From Synergistaceae bacterium (GTDB lineage: Bacteria; Synergistota; Synergistia; Synergistales; Aminiphilaceae): DNA of 64,000 nt. The notes beneath the pieces were generated by a model, which was given only the letters and a program-made list of their open reading frames with translations, did no database searches and was not told where the DNA came from. Shown one piece after another: positions 26,698-36,386 of the stretch (the first letter of the stretch is position 1; the number at the start of each line of letters is the position of its first letter). The stretch spans positions 7,171-71,170 of the forward strand of contig DAIPKP010000002.1 in the NCBI GenBank assembly GCA_036769705.1. Direction: 5' to 3'. A program made the translations under genes and the position numbers.

Positions 26698-28392
26698 TTA
26701 TTCTTCCCTTTCTTTTGAAAAATACATGGAAAGCTTTGCAGCCAAAAGTGAGTCGTCCAAAATGTTTTCCAGAGAAGAAGAACTCTCTTTTGCTGCGCGC
26801 TTTGTGAGTATTTGTTCTGCCCGGGCTTTGCCAATGCCCGGAAGAGCTAAAAGATTCGTCCGCGAACAGGTAGCGAGAGAAAGTGGATAAGGAACTCCTG
26901 TAAGAGAACGTTTTCCGTAATCTGTTATGGCTACGTCTATTTTCAGATTTTCCTGAAGGTTTTCATCCATAATACCTATAAGAGGCGGATAACTTCCCAG
27001 GGGCCTTCCAAAAAGACATTTTCCCGAACGTTTTTCTGTCAATACATTACGAAAGACGGTTCCAAGAGGAGCAAAACGCTGGAACATGACGGGATCCACC
27101 TCTTCACGAACCCACTCCTTCCATTTTCTCGTTTTTTGAGATTTTACTCGGGGAGGGTTTGTCTGAAGCAGTTTGGGCAAGGGAGAATCCTGAAAAGGAA
27201 TAACCTTCCGTATGTTGATTCTTCTCACTGAAAGGCCTTCCCGCAGCAAGGTTTCAAGGAAAAAAGCATTTAATTTATAGGATTCTCCGGTTTCTCCCGG
27301 AAGGCCAAGCAAGAAGTTCAACCCGGGTAAAATCTTGGGGAGTCCTCTCGGACGTTCTCGCCAGCCCCCAGCTTCGTTAATAATACGCACGGCCTCCAAA
27401 GCTTCTTCAAAAGTTATTTTAAGATTATTCAATGAGAGTACAAGGGGATCCAGATTTTCTATCCCCAGAGAGAGACAATCTCCTTCTGTGTTGTAGGATG
27501 CAATAATTTCCACGCTTTTTCTAGATTCTTCGGGGAACCTTGCTACTGTCAAGGGATTGCAGTTATCCGTATGAAGAACTTCCAATTCCGGGCAAGCTTT
27601 CCGGATACCCCTGTAGAGTTTTTCCAAAGTTTTTGGATTCGGGCGTTTCCCTTGAGGGGTTTCGCTTCCGCCATAAGCTAGAATATCCGAACATTTCCCC
27701 AGGCGGAAATTCCGGATCCCGCAGGCTGCAAGCGCTTCGATTTCTTTGAGTACGTCCGCTACGGGGCGTTCTCGGTAGGGCGTTCTCTGCCATTCGGTAC
27801 AAAAACTGCAATGTTTCCCCTTTCGCCCACATCCTTCAGAAAGCTCCAATTCAGCGATTACCTGTGGATAAAAGGGGTGCTGAAAAACCAGGGAAGCTCC
27901 TTCCACGGCCCACTTTGTCAGGTTTTTGTAATTTTTCCGTGCGGAAGGTTCTATGCGGCCTTCTTCCAAATAGACCTGCAGAGAGGCCACGGGATCTTCG
28001 GCAAAACAATTTCCCCGTGTTGCAAATTCCTTCATACCCTTGGCCGCACGTCCTCCTTGAATTGAGTATCCATGAGTGATGGAACCTCCAAAAAAAAGGA
28101 GTCCTTTACGAGGAAGTTCCAATAATTTTTCGAGTTCTCCGAGAAGAAGAGGCTTTCCTCCCCGATAACGGCCAGGCACGGTAAATCCCGTGATAAGAGT
28201 GACTATTTCTGCCTCTTTCCACAAATTTTCATGAGGGGTTTTTCGCCATTCGTCTGCGGTAATATAGGAAACTTGAAAGCCGTAGCTTTGGAGTAATCCA
28301 AAAGCATAGCGAACGTAAGGTGAAATATATGGGGGTACTCCAAAGCAGGAAGGCTCATCGACGTAACCGTCAAAAACAAGAGCTTTTTTCAT
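26698..28392 (-). CDS. Radical SAM enzyme with C-terminal helix-hairpin-helix motif (uncharacterised family, COG1031-like from memory)
   Basis: 564 aa. Cys motif GCGRKGKHCSFC (Cx6Cx2C, 27831..27799), TIM-barrel-like middle region, and C-terminal LLALPGIGKARAEQIL (HhH). It is one of the few minus-strand genes in a long + strand run (6 of about 68 in the window). Confidence 0.7.
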   Translation of the reverse strand: MKKALVFDGYVDEPSCFGVPPYISPYVRYAFGLLQSYGFQVSYITADEWRKTPHENLWKEAEIVTLITGFTVPGRYRGGKPLLLGELEKLLELPRKGLLFFGGSITHGYSIQGGRAAKGMKEFATRGNCFAEDPVASLQVYLEEGRIEPSARKNYKNLTKWAVEGASLVFQHPFYPQVIAELELSEGCGRKGKHCSFCTEWQRTPYRERPVADVLKEIEALAACGIRNFRLGKCSDILAYGGSETPQGKRPNPKTLEKLYRGIRKACPELEVLHTDNCNPLTVARFPEESRKSVEIIASYNTEGDCLSLGIENLDPLVLSLNNLKITFEEALEAVRIINEAGGWRERPRGLPKILPGLNFLLGLPGETGESYKLNAFFLETLLREGLSVRRINIRKVIPFQDSPLPKLLQTNPPRVKSQKTRKWKEWVREEVDPVMFQRFAPLGTVFRNVLTEKRSGKCLFGRPLGSYPPLIGIMDENLQENLKIDVAITDYGKRSLTGVPYPLSLATCSRTNLLALPGIGKARAEQILTKRAAKESSSSLENILDDSLLAAKLSMYFSKEREE

Positions 28393-28529
28393 GGGAATTC
28401 CTCTTTTCGAATGAATCGTTTTCTTTATACATCCTTTCGATATATCCTTTCGCTGGAAAGGAAAAGACTCCGGGAAGTTATGCTACAATACTTTTTTGAA
28501 AGCAAATCGGTGCGCAGAGGGAGGATCTA

Positions 28530-29270
28530 ATGAAAGCATACAGGGATTCCGTTTCTTTGGAAAGAAAGATAGTTGTATGGCTTCAAGAACAGGGGACTTC
28601 TTCCGGAAGATCCGGCGCAGTTTTTGGCCTGAGCGGAGGAATAGATTCCGCAGTAGTTGCAGGGCTTACCCGAAAAGCTTTTGGCAAAAATGTCCTGGGC
28701 GTTATCATGCCCTGCCATAGTATTTCCCAGGATGCGGATCATGCCCGAGCCGTAGCGAAAGCTTTGGATATCCCTATAACGGAAGTAAATCTTTCCAATT
28801 CCTACGACACCTTTCTTGGAGCTTTTCCCGAAAAAGAGAAACTTTCTTCTCCGCTTGCCCTGGCAAACATAAAGCCCCGGCTGCGGATGATAACTCTTTA
28901 TGCGATAGCCCAGGAGAAGGGATACCTCGTTTGCGGTACGGGTAATAAGGTCGAGTTGATGGTAGGATATTTTACAAAGCACGGAGATTCCGGAGCCGAC
29001 CTTCTTCCTCTAGGGGATTTGCTCAAGGGGGAAGTGCGGGCTCTTGCGGAACATCTGGGGGTTCCCCAGGAAATCATTACTAAACCCCCCTCTGCGGGGC
29101 TTTGGTCGGGACAAACGGATGAGCAGGAGATGGGAGTTACCTACGAAGAGCTTGACATGTATTTTCTTGAGCAAGAGGTCTCGGAAGAGGTACAATCCTT
29201 TGTAAAAAAAGCTTTTCGGCGTTCCGAGCATAAAAGGAATATGCCTCCTCTTTGCAGCATAGAAGAGTAA
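28530..29270 (+). CDS. nadE: NH3-dependent NAD+ synthetase
   Basis: PP-loop GLSGGIDSAVVAGL. GYFTKHGDSGADLLPLGDL. 246 aa, with no glutaminase domain. Confidence 0.9.
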   Translation: MKAYRDSVSLERKIVVWLQEQGTSSGRSGAVFGLSGGIDSAVVAGLTRKAFGKNVLGVIMPCHSISQDADHARAVAKALDIPITEVNLSNSYDTFLGAFPEKEKLSSPLALANIKPRLRMITLYAIAQEKGYLVCGTGNKVELMVGYFTKHGDSGADLLPLGDLLKGEVRALAEHLGVPQEIITKPPSAGLWSGQTDEQEMGVTYEELDMYFLEQEVSEEVQSFVKKAFRRSEHKRNMPPLCSIEE

Positions 29271-29327
29271 TATCATGTAATGGCGAGGCCATTATACAAA
29301 CTTATCTAAAAATTGGGGTGTTTTTTT

Positions 29328-30077
29328 ATGGCAGGACATTCTAAATGGGCCAATATCAAACATAGGAAAGCGGCGCAGGATGCTAAGCGAGGCGTTGCGT
29401 TCCAGAAACTTGTTCGAGCAATTATCGTTGCCGCCAGGGAAGGCGGAGGCGACCCTTCCATGAATATGAAATTAAAAACTGCCCTCGAGCGTGCTAAATC
29501 CGCATCAGTTCCTTCCGACAATATCGATAGGGCCATCAAGCGCGGCACGGGAGAGATCGAAGGGGCAGTATACGAAGAAGTCATGTACGAGGCATATGGT
29601 CCGGGGGGGGTAGCTGTTCTTATTGAGGCTACTACGGATAACAAAAACAGAACGACTCCGGAGATTCGTGCCCTTCTCAGTCGTAATGGAGGAACTTTTG
29701 GAGAAGCCGGGTGTGTCGCCTGGATTTTTGAACGCCGAGGAGTTGTGGAAATTCAAGGTGCGGTAGACGAGGAAGAGCTTATGATGGCAGTCATTGATGC
29801 GGGAGGAGAGGATCTCTCTCCGGGCGAAGAGGGGATTACCGTATATACGGATCCCGGGGTCGTTATGACCGTAGCGGAGGCTCTTAAAAAAACGGGATAC
29901 CATGTAGAGTCCGCAGAGGTGCAGCATGTTCCGAAAACGACGATTCCCATAGAGGAGAAAGATGTGGCGGCAAAAATCCTTAATCTTCTCAATGTTCTTG
30001 ATGACCACGATGATGTCCAGGCCGTATCCTGCAATTTCGACATTTCCGAGGATATCGCGAATTCCCTGGAAAACTAA
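29328..30077 (+). CDS. yebC: YebC/PmpR family transcriptional regulator
   Basis: MAGHSKWANIKHRKAAQDAKRG is the hallmark N-terminus. It sits upstream of ruvCAB. Confidence 0.92.
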   Translation: MAGHSKWANIKHRKAAQDAKRGVAFQKLVRAIIVAAREGGGDPSMNMKLKTALERAKSASVPSDNIDRAIKRGTGEIEGAVYEEVMYEAYGPGGVAVLIEATTDNKNRTTPEIRALLSRNGGTFGEAGCVAWIFERRGVVEIQGAVDEEELMMAVIDAGGEDLSPGEEGITVYTDPGVVMTVAEALKKTGYHVESAEVQHVPKTTIPIEEKDVAAKILNLLNVLDDHDDVQAVSCNFDISEDIANSLEN

Positions 30078-30580
30078 TGATATGCCTTGGTGTCGACCCG
30101 GGATTGGGACGTCTTGGATATGGAGTGGTATCGCTTAAGGGATCTATGTTTGAATCTCTCTCTTATGGTTGTCTGGAGACGTCTTCGAAAAAACCAATGG
30201 AGGAACGTCTCCTTTCTGTTTATGAGAGATTGAAAACTCTTTTTGCCGCGTACCCCGTGGATTGTGTAGCGGTAGAAAAGCTGTATTTCGGAAAAAATAA
30301 AACTACCGCAGAAATGGTATGGCAGGCTCGGGGAGTTGTGCTACTTATGACGGCATTGGAAAAAAAACCCCTTTTGGAGCCCAATCCAGGGGATGTGAAA
30401 ATTGCGGTTTCCGGAAACGGAAAGGCTGAAAAAATACAAGTCCAGAAAATGGTACAACGTCTTCTCAATCTTTCGGAGCTTCCGCGTCCGGATGATGCGG
30501 CGGATGGGCTTGCCATCGCCATTACGGGGCTTCTTTCTTTCCGCCATTGTCGAAGGATTGAGGGCTCTGGAAATTCATGA
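30077..30580 (+). CDS. ruvC: Crossover junction endodeoxyribonuclease RuvC
   Basis: ICLGVDPGLGRLGYGVV, VAVEKLYFGKN and PDDAADGLAIAI. Confidence 0.9.
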   Translation: MICLGVDPGLGRLGYGVVSLKGSMFESLSYGCLETSSKKPMEERLLSVYERLKTLFAAYPVDCVAVEKLYFGKNKTTAEMVWQARGVVLLMTALEKKPLLEPNPGDVKIAVSGNGKAEKIQVQKMVQRLLNLSELPRPDDAADGLAIAITGLLSFRHCRRIEGSGNS

Positions 30581-30602
30581 GATACAATCCGGGAGAAAAT
30601 AG

Positions 30603-31235
30603 ATGATTCAGTATTGTAAGGGTATTGTAACTTTCTTGGAACCTGACCGGGGACAGCTTGTTCTGGAGGTGGGAGCCATAGGGTTCCGTTTTCTCTGTAC
30701 CCGGGCTGTTTTTGATATGGCAGAGAAAGAAAAACCTCTTTTTCTTTTTGTCCATTTGCAGCCTCAGGAGGATACGGGATTTCTTCTTTTTGGATTTGCT
30801 GACGAAAATGAACGCACTCTCTTTTCCATGCTTGCTTCTGTGCGAGGCGTGAGCAGTCGAATGGCTATGGGAATCATGTCGTCCCTTGAAGTTCAAGACA
30901 TTTTCGAAGCTATCGTGAGTTCCAAGGCTTCTCTTTTTTCCGCTCTTCCGGGAATTGGCAAGAAAATTTCTGAGCGTCTCTGTTTCGAGCTTTCCGAAAA
31001 GGTCCAGAAAGCCTTGGCAGATGGCTCGATTTTCGCGCCCCAGTTTTCCTCCGAGAAAAGCAGGCCTGCCGGAGAAGCTTCGGTACAGCATACAGTTTTG
31101 GAAGCACTTCTTTCTCTTGGTTTTGGAAGAAGAGAAGCTCTTGTTGCCATAGAGGGAGTGCTCGATAAAGGAGAGTTCCCTGTAACGGATGAAAGCTCGC
31201 TTCTTCACGAGGCTTTGCGGAGGTTGCAAAGATGA
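30603..31235 (+). CDS. ruvA: Holliday junction branch migration complex subunit RuvA
   Basis: MIQYCKGIV, HhH LPGIGKKISERL, and the C-terminal domain EALLSLGF. Confidence 0.88.
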   Translation: MIQYCKGIVTFLEPDRGQLVLEVGAIGFRFLCTRAVFDMAEKEKPLFLFVHLQPQEDTGFLLFGFADENERTLFSMLASVRGVSSRMAMGIMSSLEVQDIFEAIVSSKASLFSALPGIGKKISERLCFELSEKVQKALADGSIFAPQFSSEKSRPAGEASVQHTVLEALLSLGFGRREALVAIEGVLDKGEFPVTDESSLLHEALRRLQR

Positions 31236-32290
31236 CTCTTCATCAGGAGGAACAGGAACGCCTTGTGGGAGCCCCTTCCCTTCTCGGAGAAGAAGAGCTT
31301 CTTCCGGTTCGCCCCCAGGTTCTTGGCGATTTTGTAGGCCAGCAAAATCTCAAGGAAAAGCTCTCTATTTATATTCAGGCTGCCATGCAGCGCCGGGAAC
31401 CTTTAGACCATGTGCTTTTTCACGGCCCTCCGGGATTGGGAAAAACGACTCTCGCAGGCATCATAGCTCGTGAAATGGGAGGGGAGATGCGGGTCACTTC
31501 CGGGCCCGCTCTTGAAAGATCTGGAGATCTTGCGGCAATTCTCTCCAACCTTCAGGAGGGAGACGTGCTTTTTATCGACGAAATTCACCGTCTTCCTTCC
31601 AATGTGGAAGAGATCCTTTATGCGGGAATGGAAGATTTTGCTCTGGATATTGTGGTAGGCAAGGGGCCTCTTGCCAGAACCATCCGACTTTCTCTTCCTC
31701 CCTTTACGCTTATAGGAGCTACCACAAGGCTGGGACTTCTCACATCGCCTTTAAGAGCACGTTTTGGTATCGTGGAACAGCTTGATCTTTACTCTCCCGA
31801 GGATTTGTCTTCCATCGTCATTCGGGCAGCTCAAAAACATAATATTCCCATCGAAGAAGGAGCGGCCCAGGAAATCGGCAGGCGTTCTCGGGGAACACCC
31901 CGAGTGGCACTTCGACTTTTTCGAAGAATTCGCGATATTGCCCAGGTGAAAGGAGAAGGCTCCGTACATTTGGATGTTGCCAGGATAGCTTTCGATATGC
32001 TCGGAATAAATGAGCAGGGGCTTGACGAAGGAGATCGGAAATATCTGGGAGCTCTCGTACAACTTTTCGGCGGAGGTCCAGTAGGGCTTTCCACGCTTGC
32101 TTCTGCCATAAATGAAGAATCTCAAACCTTGGAAGATATTTACGAACCTTTTCTTATACGCCAGGGGTTTCTTGAAAAAACACCTCGAGGAAGGAAGGCC
32201 ACGGATAATGCGTTTTTCCTTTTTTCCTTGAAGCCTCCGCATATGTCCGCAAATGAAGGGCAAAGGGTTTTTCCCTGGGAAGAAGAGTAG
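31232..32290 (+). CDS. ruvB: Holliday junction branch migration DNA helicase RuvB
   Basis: RPQVLGDFVGQ, GPPGLGKTTLA, LFIDEIHRL and GRRSRGTPRVALRL. Confidence 0.93.
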   Translation: MTLHQEEQERLVGAPSLLGEEELLPVRPQVLGDFVGQQNLKEKLSIYIQAAMQRREPLDHVLFHGPPGLGKTTLAGIIAREMGGEMRVTSGPALERSGDLAAILSNLQEGDVLFIDEIHRLPSNVEEILYAGMEDFALDIVVGKGPLARTIRLSLPPFTLIGATTRLGLLTSPLRARFGIVEQLDLYSPEDLSSIVIRAAQKHNIPIEEGAAQEIGRRSRGTPRVALRLFRRIRDIAQVKGEGSVHLDVARIAFDMLGINEQGLDEGDRKYLGALVQLFGGGPVGLSTLASAINEESQTLEDIYEPFLIRQGFLEKTPRGRKATDNAFFLFSLKPPHMSANEGQRVFPWEEE

Positions 32291-32294
32291 CTCC

Positions 32295-32525
32295 ATGGTT
32301 TCTTTTTCCAAAATATTCCTCGTGCTTGGAGGAGTATTTCTCTTTCTCGGGGTCCTTTTTTTCCTGTTAGGGCATTACATGCCTTCCTTTTCTTTTGGGA
32401 AACTTCCTGGAGATATAACCATCCGAACAAAAAAGGGCGTTTTCTTTTTTCCCTTTACTTCCATGGTTTTGATAAGTCTTGTCCTCTCGGCTATTTCCTT
32501 CATCCTGCGTTTTTTGAGGAAATAA
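32295..32525 (+). CDS. DUF2905 family small membrane protein
   Basis: 76 aa, two TM segments flanking GKLPGDITIRTKKGVFFFPFTS (PGDI motif). The ORF-track start 32253 overlaps ruvB. Confidence 0.7.
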   Translation: MVSFSKIFLVLGGVFLFLGVLFFLLGHYMPSFSFGKLPGDITIRTKKGVFFFPFTSMVLISLVLSAISFILRFLRK

Positions 32526-32557
32526 AATTCTTAGATCCTGGGAAGGAGCTTCTCTTC

Positions 32558-33892
32558 ATGATTTTCTACCCTAAAAAATTTTCCGTTCTTTTGTGCGCCC
32601 TTTTCCTCTCGGTTCTTTTCTCATCATTTCTCCCCGCATGGGGAAGCTCCGGAGGCGTTTTACGGATCTGTGTCGCCCAAGGGGTGACCAAAGGGACCTT
32701 ATCCTCTGCAAAAAGCTACACCTTGATAGATTCTCAGGGGAAACAGTACTCTTTTTCCGGGACTTCTTCTCTTCAGCGCCGAAATAGTCATACCATCGAA
32801 GTCAATAAAAAAACACTCTCTCTCCCTGTAAAAATTAAAGGGAAAGCGCCGATTGCTTGGGGGAACCATCCTTACCGGGGATCTCTCGAAATTTATCAGG
32901 GGACTTCCGGTTTGTCCATAATAAATGTGATAGATGTGGAAAACTATCTTCGGGGTGTTCTGAAAATGGAAGCTAATCCGGCATGGTCCGTGGAGTTTCT
33001 CAAGGCTCAGGCTGTTGTGGCCCGTACATATGCTATCTCCCATAAGGGGAGGCATGCTTCGGAGCACTTCGATCTTTGCGCTACCCCTCACTGTCAGGTA
33101 TATCGAGGAATAAACGCTGAGGACCGCCGGATTGATAAGGCCATTCAAGCCACGAAAGGCATGGTACTGGTTTATCAGGGGAAATATGCTCTTACGCCTT
33201 ACCATTCTGATAGCGGCGGAAGCACAGCGGACGTCCGGCATGTTTGGGGCGGATCCATCCCTTATTTGCAACCCCGGCAAGAACCTGTAGTATATACTTC
33301 ACCTTATTCGCAGTGGGAACTTTCGCTTACTTCTCGCCAGATCGGGGAAGTCTTACGAAAAATGGGCCAATCTGTGGGAGAAGTGTATGCTGTGAAGGTG
33401 GCAAAAGAGGATCCTTACGGGAGGGCTATTGATCTCCAGATATCGGGAAGCTTGGGAACCCGGAACGTTTCGGCTCATCGTTTCCGTATGGCTTTAGGGA
33501 GTAAAAACCTCAAAAGTACTCATTTTCGAATTCTTTCTTCCTCTCAATCCACCGGAAATTCTTCGGAAGAAAAAGTTTCTTTCAAGGAGCAGGAGGAATT
33601 GTCGATTATGACGCAGCAAGGGGTTTTTTCTACGGAGGAACTCATGGATATGTTGTTGCATCCGGAAAAACAGAGGGAATATCTTGAAAAAAAACGACCC
33701 TCCACGGAAAGTACTCAAATTGGAAAGCTTCCTTTGCCTGAAAAAGGGATCTTCCTTTTTTCCGGAAAAGGGTGGGGACACGGAGTAGGGCTCTCTCAAT
33801 GGGGAGCTAAGGCCCTGGCAGAAAAGGGATGGACATGGCAAAAGATTCTCGGACATTATTATCCGGGAACCACGATAAAAAAAGCATACTAG
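32558..33892 (+). CDS. spoIID: SpoIID/LytB domain protein (secreted, peptidoglycan remodelling)
   Basis: Signal peptide. ENYLRGVLKMEANPAWSVEFLKAQAVVARTYA, CATPHCQVYRG, YHSDSGGSTA and GHGVGLSQWGA. Confidence 0.8.
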   Translation: MIFYPKKFSVLLCALFLSVLFSSFLPAWGSSGGVLRICVAQGVTKGTLSSAKSYTLIDSQGKQYSFSGTSSLQRRNSHTIEVNKKTLSLPVKIKGKAPIAWGNHPYRGSLEIYQGTSGLSIINVIDVENYLRGVLKMEANPAWSVEFLKAQAVVARTYAISHKGRHASEHFDLCATPHCQVYRGINAEDRRIDKAIQATKGMVLVYQGKYALTPYHSDSGGSTADVRHVWGGSIPYLQPRQEPVVYTSPYSQWELSLTSRQIGEVLRKMGQSVGEVYAVKVAKEDPYGRAIDLQISGSLGTRNVSAHRFRMALGSKNLKSTHFRILSSSQSTGNSSEEKVSFKEQEELSIMTQQGVFSTEELMDMLLHPEKQREYLEKKRPSTESTQIGKLPLPEKGIFLFSGKGWGHGVGLSQWGAKALAEKGWTWQKILGHYYPGTTIKKAY

Positions 33893-33913
33893 AAACGGAG
33901 TAGAATAGGGTCT

Positions 33914-34957
33914 ATGGAAAAAGATCTTTTTCAGGCAAAAAAGTATTTTTACGAACTACCTAAAGAGCAAATTGCTCAAAACCCTGTGGAACCAAGAGAT
34001 ATGGCGAAGCTTCTTGTGCTGGAACGCGAAACGGGGAAGCTGCATCATCGAATCTTTCGGGAAGTGGGAGATTTTCTGCGATCCGGGGATTTGCTCGTCC
34101 TCAATGACACCAAGGTGCTTGCGGCCCGCCTTTTTGGAGAAAAGGCGGAAAGTGGCGGGAAGGTGGAAATTTTTCTTCTTCGTCCCTCGGAGAGAGGCCC
34201 GCATGTTTGGGAAGCTTTGGTACGACCGGGGAAAAAATTGAAAAGACATACCAGAGTCTTTCTAGATAAGGGAATCGCGGTACATGTTCTTCCTTCATCC
34301 CTGGAAGGAGGGCTCCGGTTTGTCGAATTTCCCGAATCCCTGGACGTCTATGCTTTTTTAGAGGACTGCGGCATAGTGCCTTTGCCGCCTTACATTACAG
34401 AATCCAGGGCAGAGGCGGATCAATATCAAACCATCTATGCCAGGGAGTTGGGTTCGGTGGCTGCTCCTACTGCAGGCCTTCACTTTACTGAGCAACTTTT
34501 GAAAGATCTTCAGAAGAAAGGAATTTCCCTGGCTTTTCTTACGCTTCATATCGGTCTTGGGACTTTCCGTCCCGTACAGGTTGAAGATATCCGGGACCAT
34601 ACGATGCACGAGGAACATTTCGAAATTTCTTCATCCACTGTAAGAGCGGTGGAGGAGACGAAAAAACGCAAGGGGAAAGTTATTGCCGTGGGCACTACGG
34701 CTGTCCGGGGTTTGGAAACCGGAGCCTCCTCGGGGGTACTGCGAGCTGGTAAAGATGTTTCCACTCTTTTTATCTATCCCGGATATTCCTTTCGTGTAGT
34801 GGATGGCATAATTACAAATTTCCATCTTCCCCAAAGCACTCTTCTCATGCTGGTTTCCGCTTTCGGGGGATATGAAAAAGTTTCTTACGCATATCGAGAA
34901 GCTGTTGAAAAGGGATATCGCTTTTATTCTTTTGGAGATGCTATGATGATTTTGTAG
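33914..34957 (+). CDS. queA: tRNA preQ1(34) S-adenosylmethionine ribosyltransferase-isomerase
   Basis: FYELPKEQIAQNPVEPRD, PLPPYI, VAAPTAGLHFT, VGTTAVR, FHLPQSTLLMLVSAF and RFYSFGDAM. Confidence 0.92.
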   Translation: MEKDLFQAKKYFYELPKEQIAQNPVEPRDMAKLLVLERETGKLHHRIFREVGDFLRSGDLLVLNDTKVLAARLFGEKAESGGKVEIFLLRPSERGPHVWEALVRPGKKLKRHTRVFLDKGIAVHVLPSSLEGGLRFVEFPESLDVYAFLEDCGIVPLPPYITESRAEADQYQTIYARELGSVAAPTAGLHFTEQLLKDLQKKGISLAFLTLHIGLGTFRPVQVEDIRDHTMHEEHFEISSSTVRAVEETKKRKGKVIAVGTTAVRGLETGASSGVLRAGKDVSTLFIYPGYSFRVVDGIITNFHLPQSTLLMLVSAFGGYEKVSYAYREAVEKGYRFYSFGDAMMIL

Positions 34958-35014
34958 AGTTTGCTAAAGAAGGCCTCGATTTTTTATCGTTCCTGAGGAG
35001 AAAGGAGGATTTTC

Positions 35015-35824
35015 ATGTGGATCTGGGCGTGTGTGGTACCGCATCCGCCAATTGTGGTTCCCGAGGTTGGAAGAGGAGGAGAGAAGGAGGCCGAATCTAC
35101 CATTCAAGCTTTTTGGGAGCTTGAGGAATACCTGGAAAAACCGGAAATGCTTGTTGCCCTTTCTCCGCACGCACCCTTTGCTCCCGGGAAAATGGTTTTT
35201 TCCACAGCTACAATGTATAGAGGATCCTTTGACATGTTTAACGCTCCTTCGGTATTTTTTGAAGTTCCGGGGGAGAATTGTGATGTCTCAAATTTAGAAA
35301 AAGCGTTGACCCGGAGTGGCATCTCTTCGGAAATCCTCCATTCCTCTCATGGTGTTCTCGATCATGGTTGCATGGTCCCTCTCTATTTTTTCAGGCAATT
35401 CTGGAGTTTTTCTCTTCCCCCCCTTCTTCTCATGAACCCTGTAGGGCTTTCTCCTCAAAACGCTTACGATGCCGGAAGAGTTCTTGCGGAGTTTTTCCCT
35501 GAAAAAAAATGGGGGCTTCTTGCGAGCGGCGATCTTTCTCATGGATTATCGCCTTCTTCTCCAGGAAAATATCATCCCTGGGGAGAACGCTTTGACCAAA
35601 TGGTAGTCGAGTGCCTTGGTAAAGGGGAAAGCTTGCCCTTGAGAAACCTTTCTTTCGAGGAACGCAGAGATGCCCAGGAATGCGGCCTTGCCTCGGTTCT
35701 CTTTGCTCAGGGGCTTACAAAAGACCAACCTTTCCACATCCTCAGTTATGAAGCCCCTTTCGGAGTAGGATATTGCGTAGCGTATCATGTTTCGAAAAAC
35801 TTCCGGCTTCGGGAGGATCTTTGA
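35015..35824 (+). CDS. Class III extradiol dioxygenase-fold (LigB/Memo superfamily) protein, first gene of an AMMECR1/radical-SAM cassette
   Basis: VVPHPPIVVPEVGRG, ALSPHAP, VLDHGCMVPL and ASGDLSHGL fit LigB-type subunit-B signatures rather than the Memo PHAGY type. It lies 1 nt before the AMMECR1 gene. Confidence 0.65.
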   Translation: MWIWACVVPHPPIVVPEVGRGGEKEAESTIQAFWELEEYLEKPEMLVALSPHAPFAPGKMVFSTATMYRGSFDMFNAPSVFFEVPGENCDVSNLEKALTRSGISSEILHSSHGVLDHGCMVPLYFFRQFWSFSLPPLLLMNPVGLSPQNAYDAGRVLAEFFPEKKWGLLASGDLSHGLSPSSPGKYHPWGERFDQMVVECLGKGESLPLRNLSFEERRDAQECGLASVLFAQGLTKDQPFHILSYEAPFGVGYCVAYHVSKNFRLREDL

Positions 35825-35825
35825 T

Positions 35826-36386
35826 ATGAAAAATTCCCTTCCTCTTCCTTCCCCTTTCTCCTATCCCGTTTTTGCCCGATATGTGATAACCTGTGACTTA
35901 CAGAAACGAATTGTTCCTGATCCTTTTCGCATTACGCATCTCATGAAAGGGGAATATCCGGAGCTCTCTCTGCCAAAAGCCTGTTTCGTCTCGATAAAGT
36001 GCCGGGATGGCGCTCTCCGGGGCTGTATAGGAACGTTATTCCCCAATGCTTCCTGCTTGACGGAAGAACTTATTTCAAATGCCAGGGCAGCAGCTTTTCA
36101 AGATCCTCGCTTTTCCCCAGTCAAAGAACAAGAACTTTCTTCACTTCTTTTTTCGTGCGATATCTTAGAAACCCCGGAAAAAACTTCCTTCGAACTTTTG
36201 GATCCCAAAAATTTTGGGGTGATCGTTTCAAAGAATTCTCGAAGAGGAGTGCTTTTACCGAATCTCGAAGGCGTTGAAACTCCTTTGCAACAAGTTCAAA
36301 TAGCCATGAAAAAAGCGGGTATTTTTGAGACTTCCCTGGAAAATGTGGACCTTATGTCTTTTCGGGTGACTCGTTATGAAGAATGA
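35826..36386 (+). CDS. AMMECR1 domain protein (AmmeMemoRadiSam system protein A-like)
   Basis: ACFVSIKCRDGALRGCIGT, AAFQDPRFSPV and RRGVLLPNLEGVETP. GGGAGGA lies upstream of ATG 35826. Confidence 0.85.
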   Translation: MKNSLPLPSPFSYPVFARYVITCDLQKRIVPDPFRITHLMKGEYPELSLPKACFVSIKCRDGALRGCIGTLFPNASCLTEELISNARAAAFQDPRFSPVKEQELSSLLFSCDILETPEKTSFELLDPKNFGVIVSKNSRRGVLLPNLEGVETPLQQVQIAMKKAGIFETSLENVDLMSFRVTRYEE

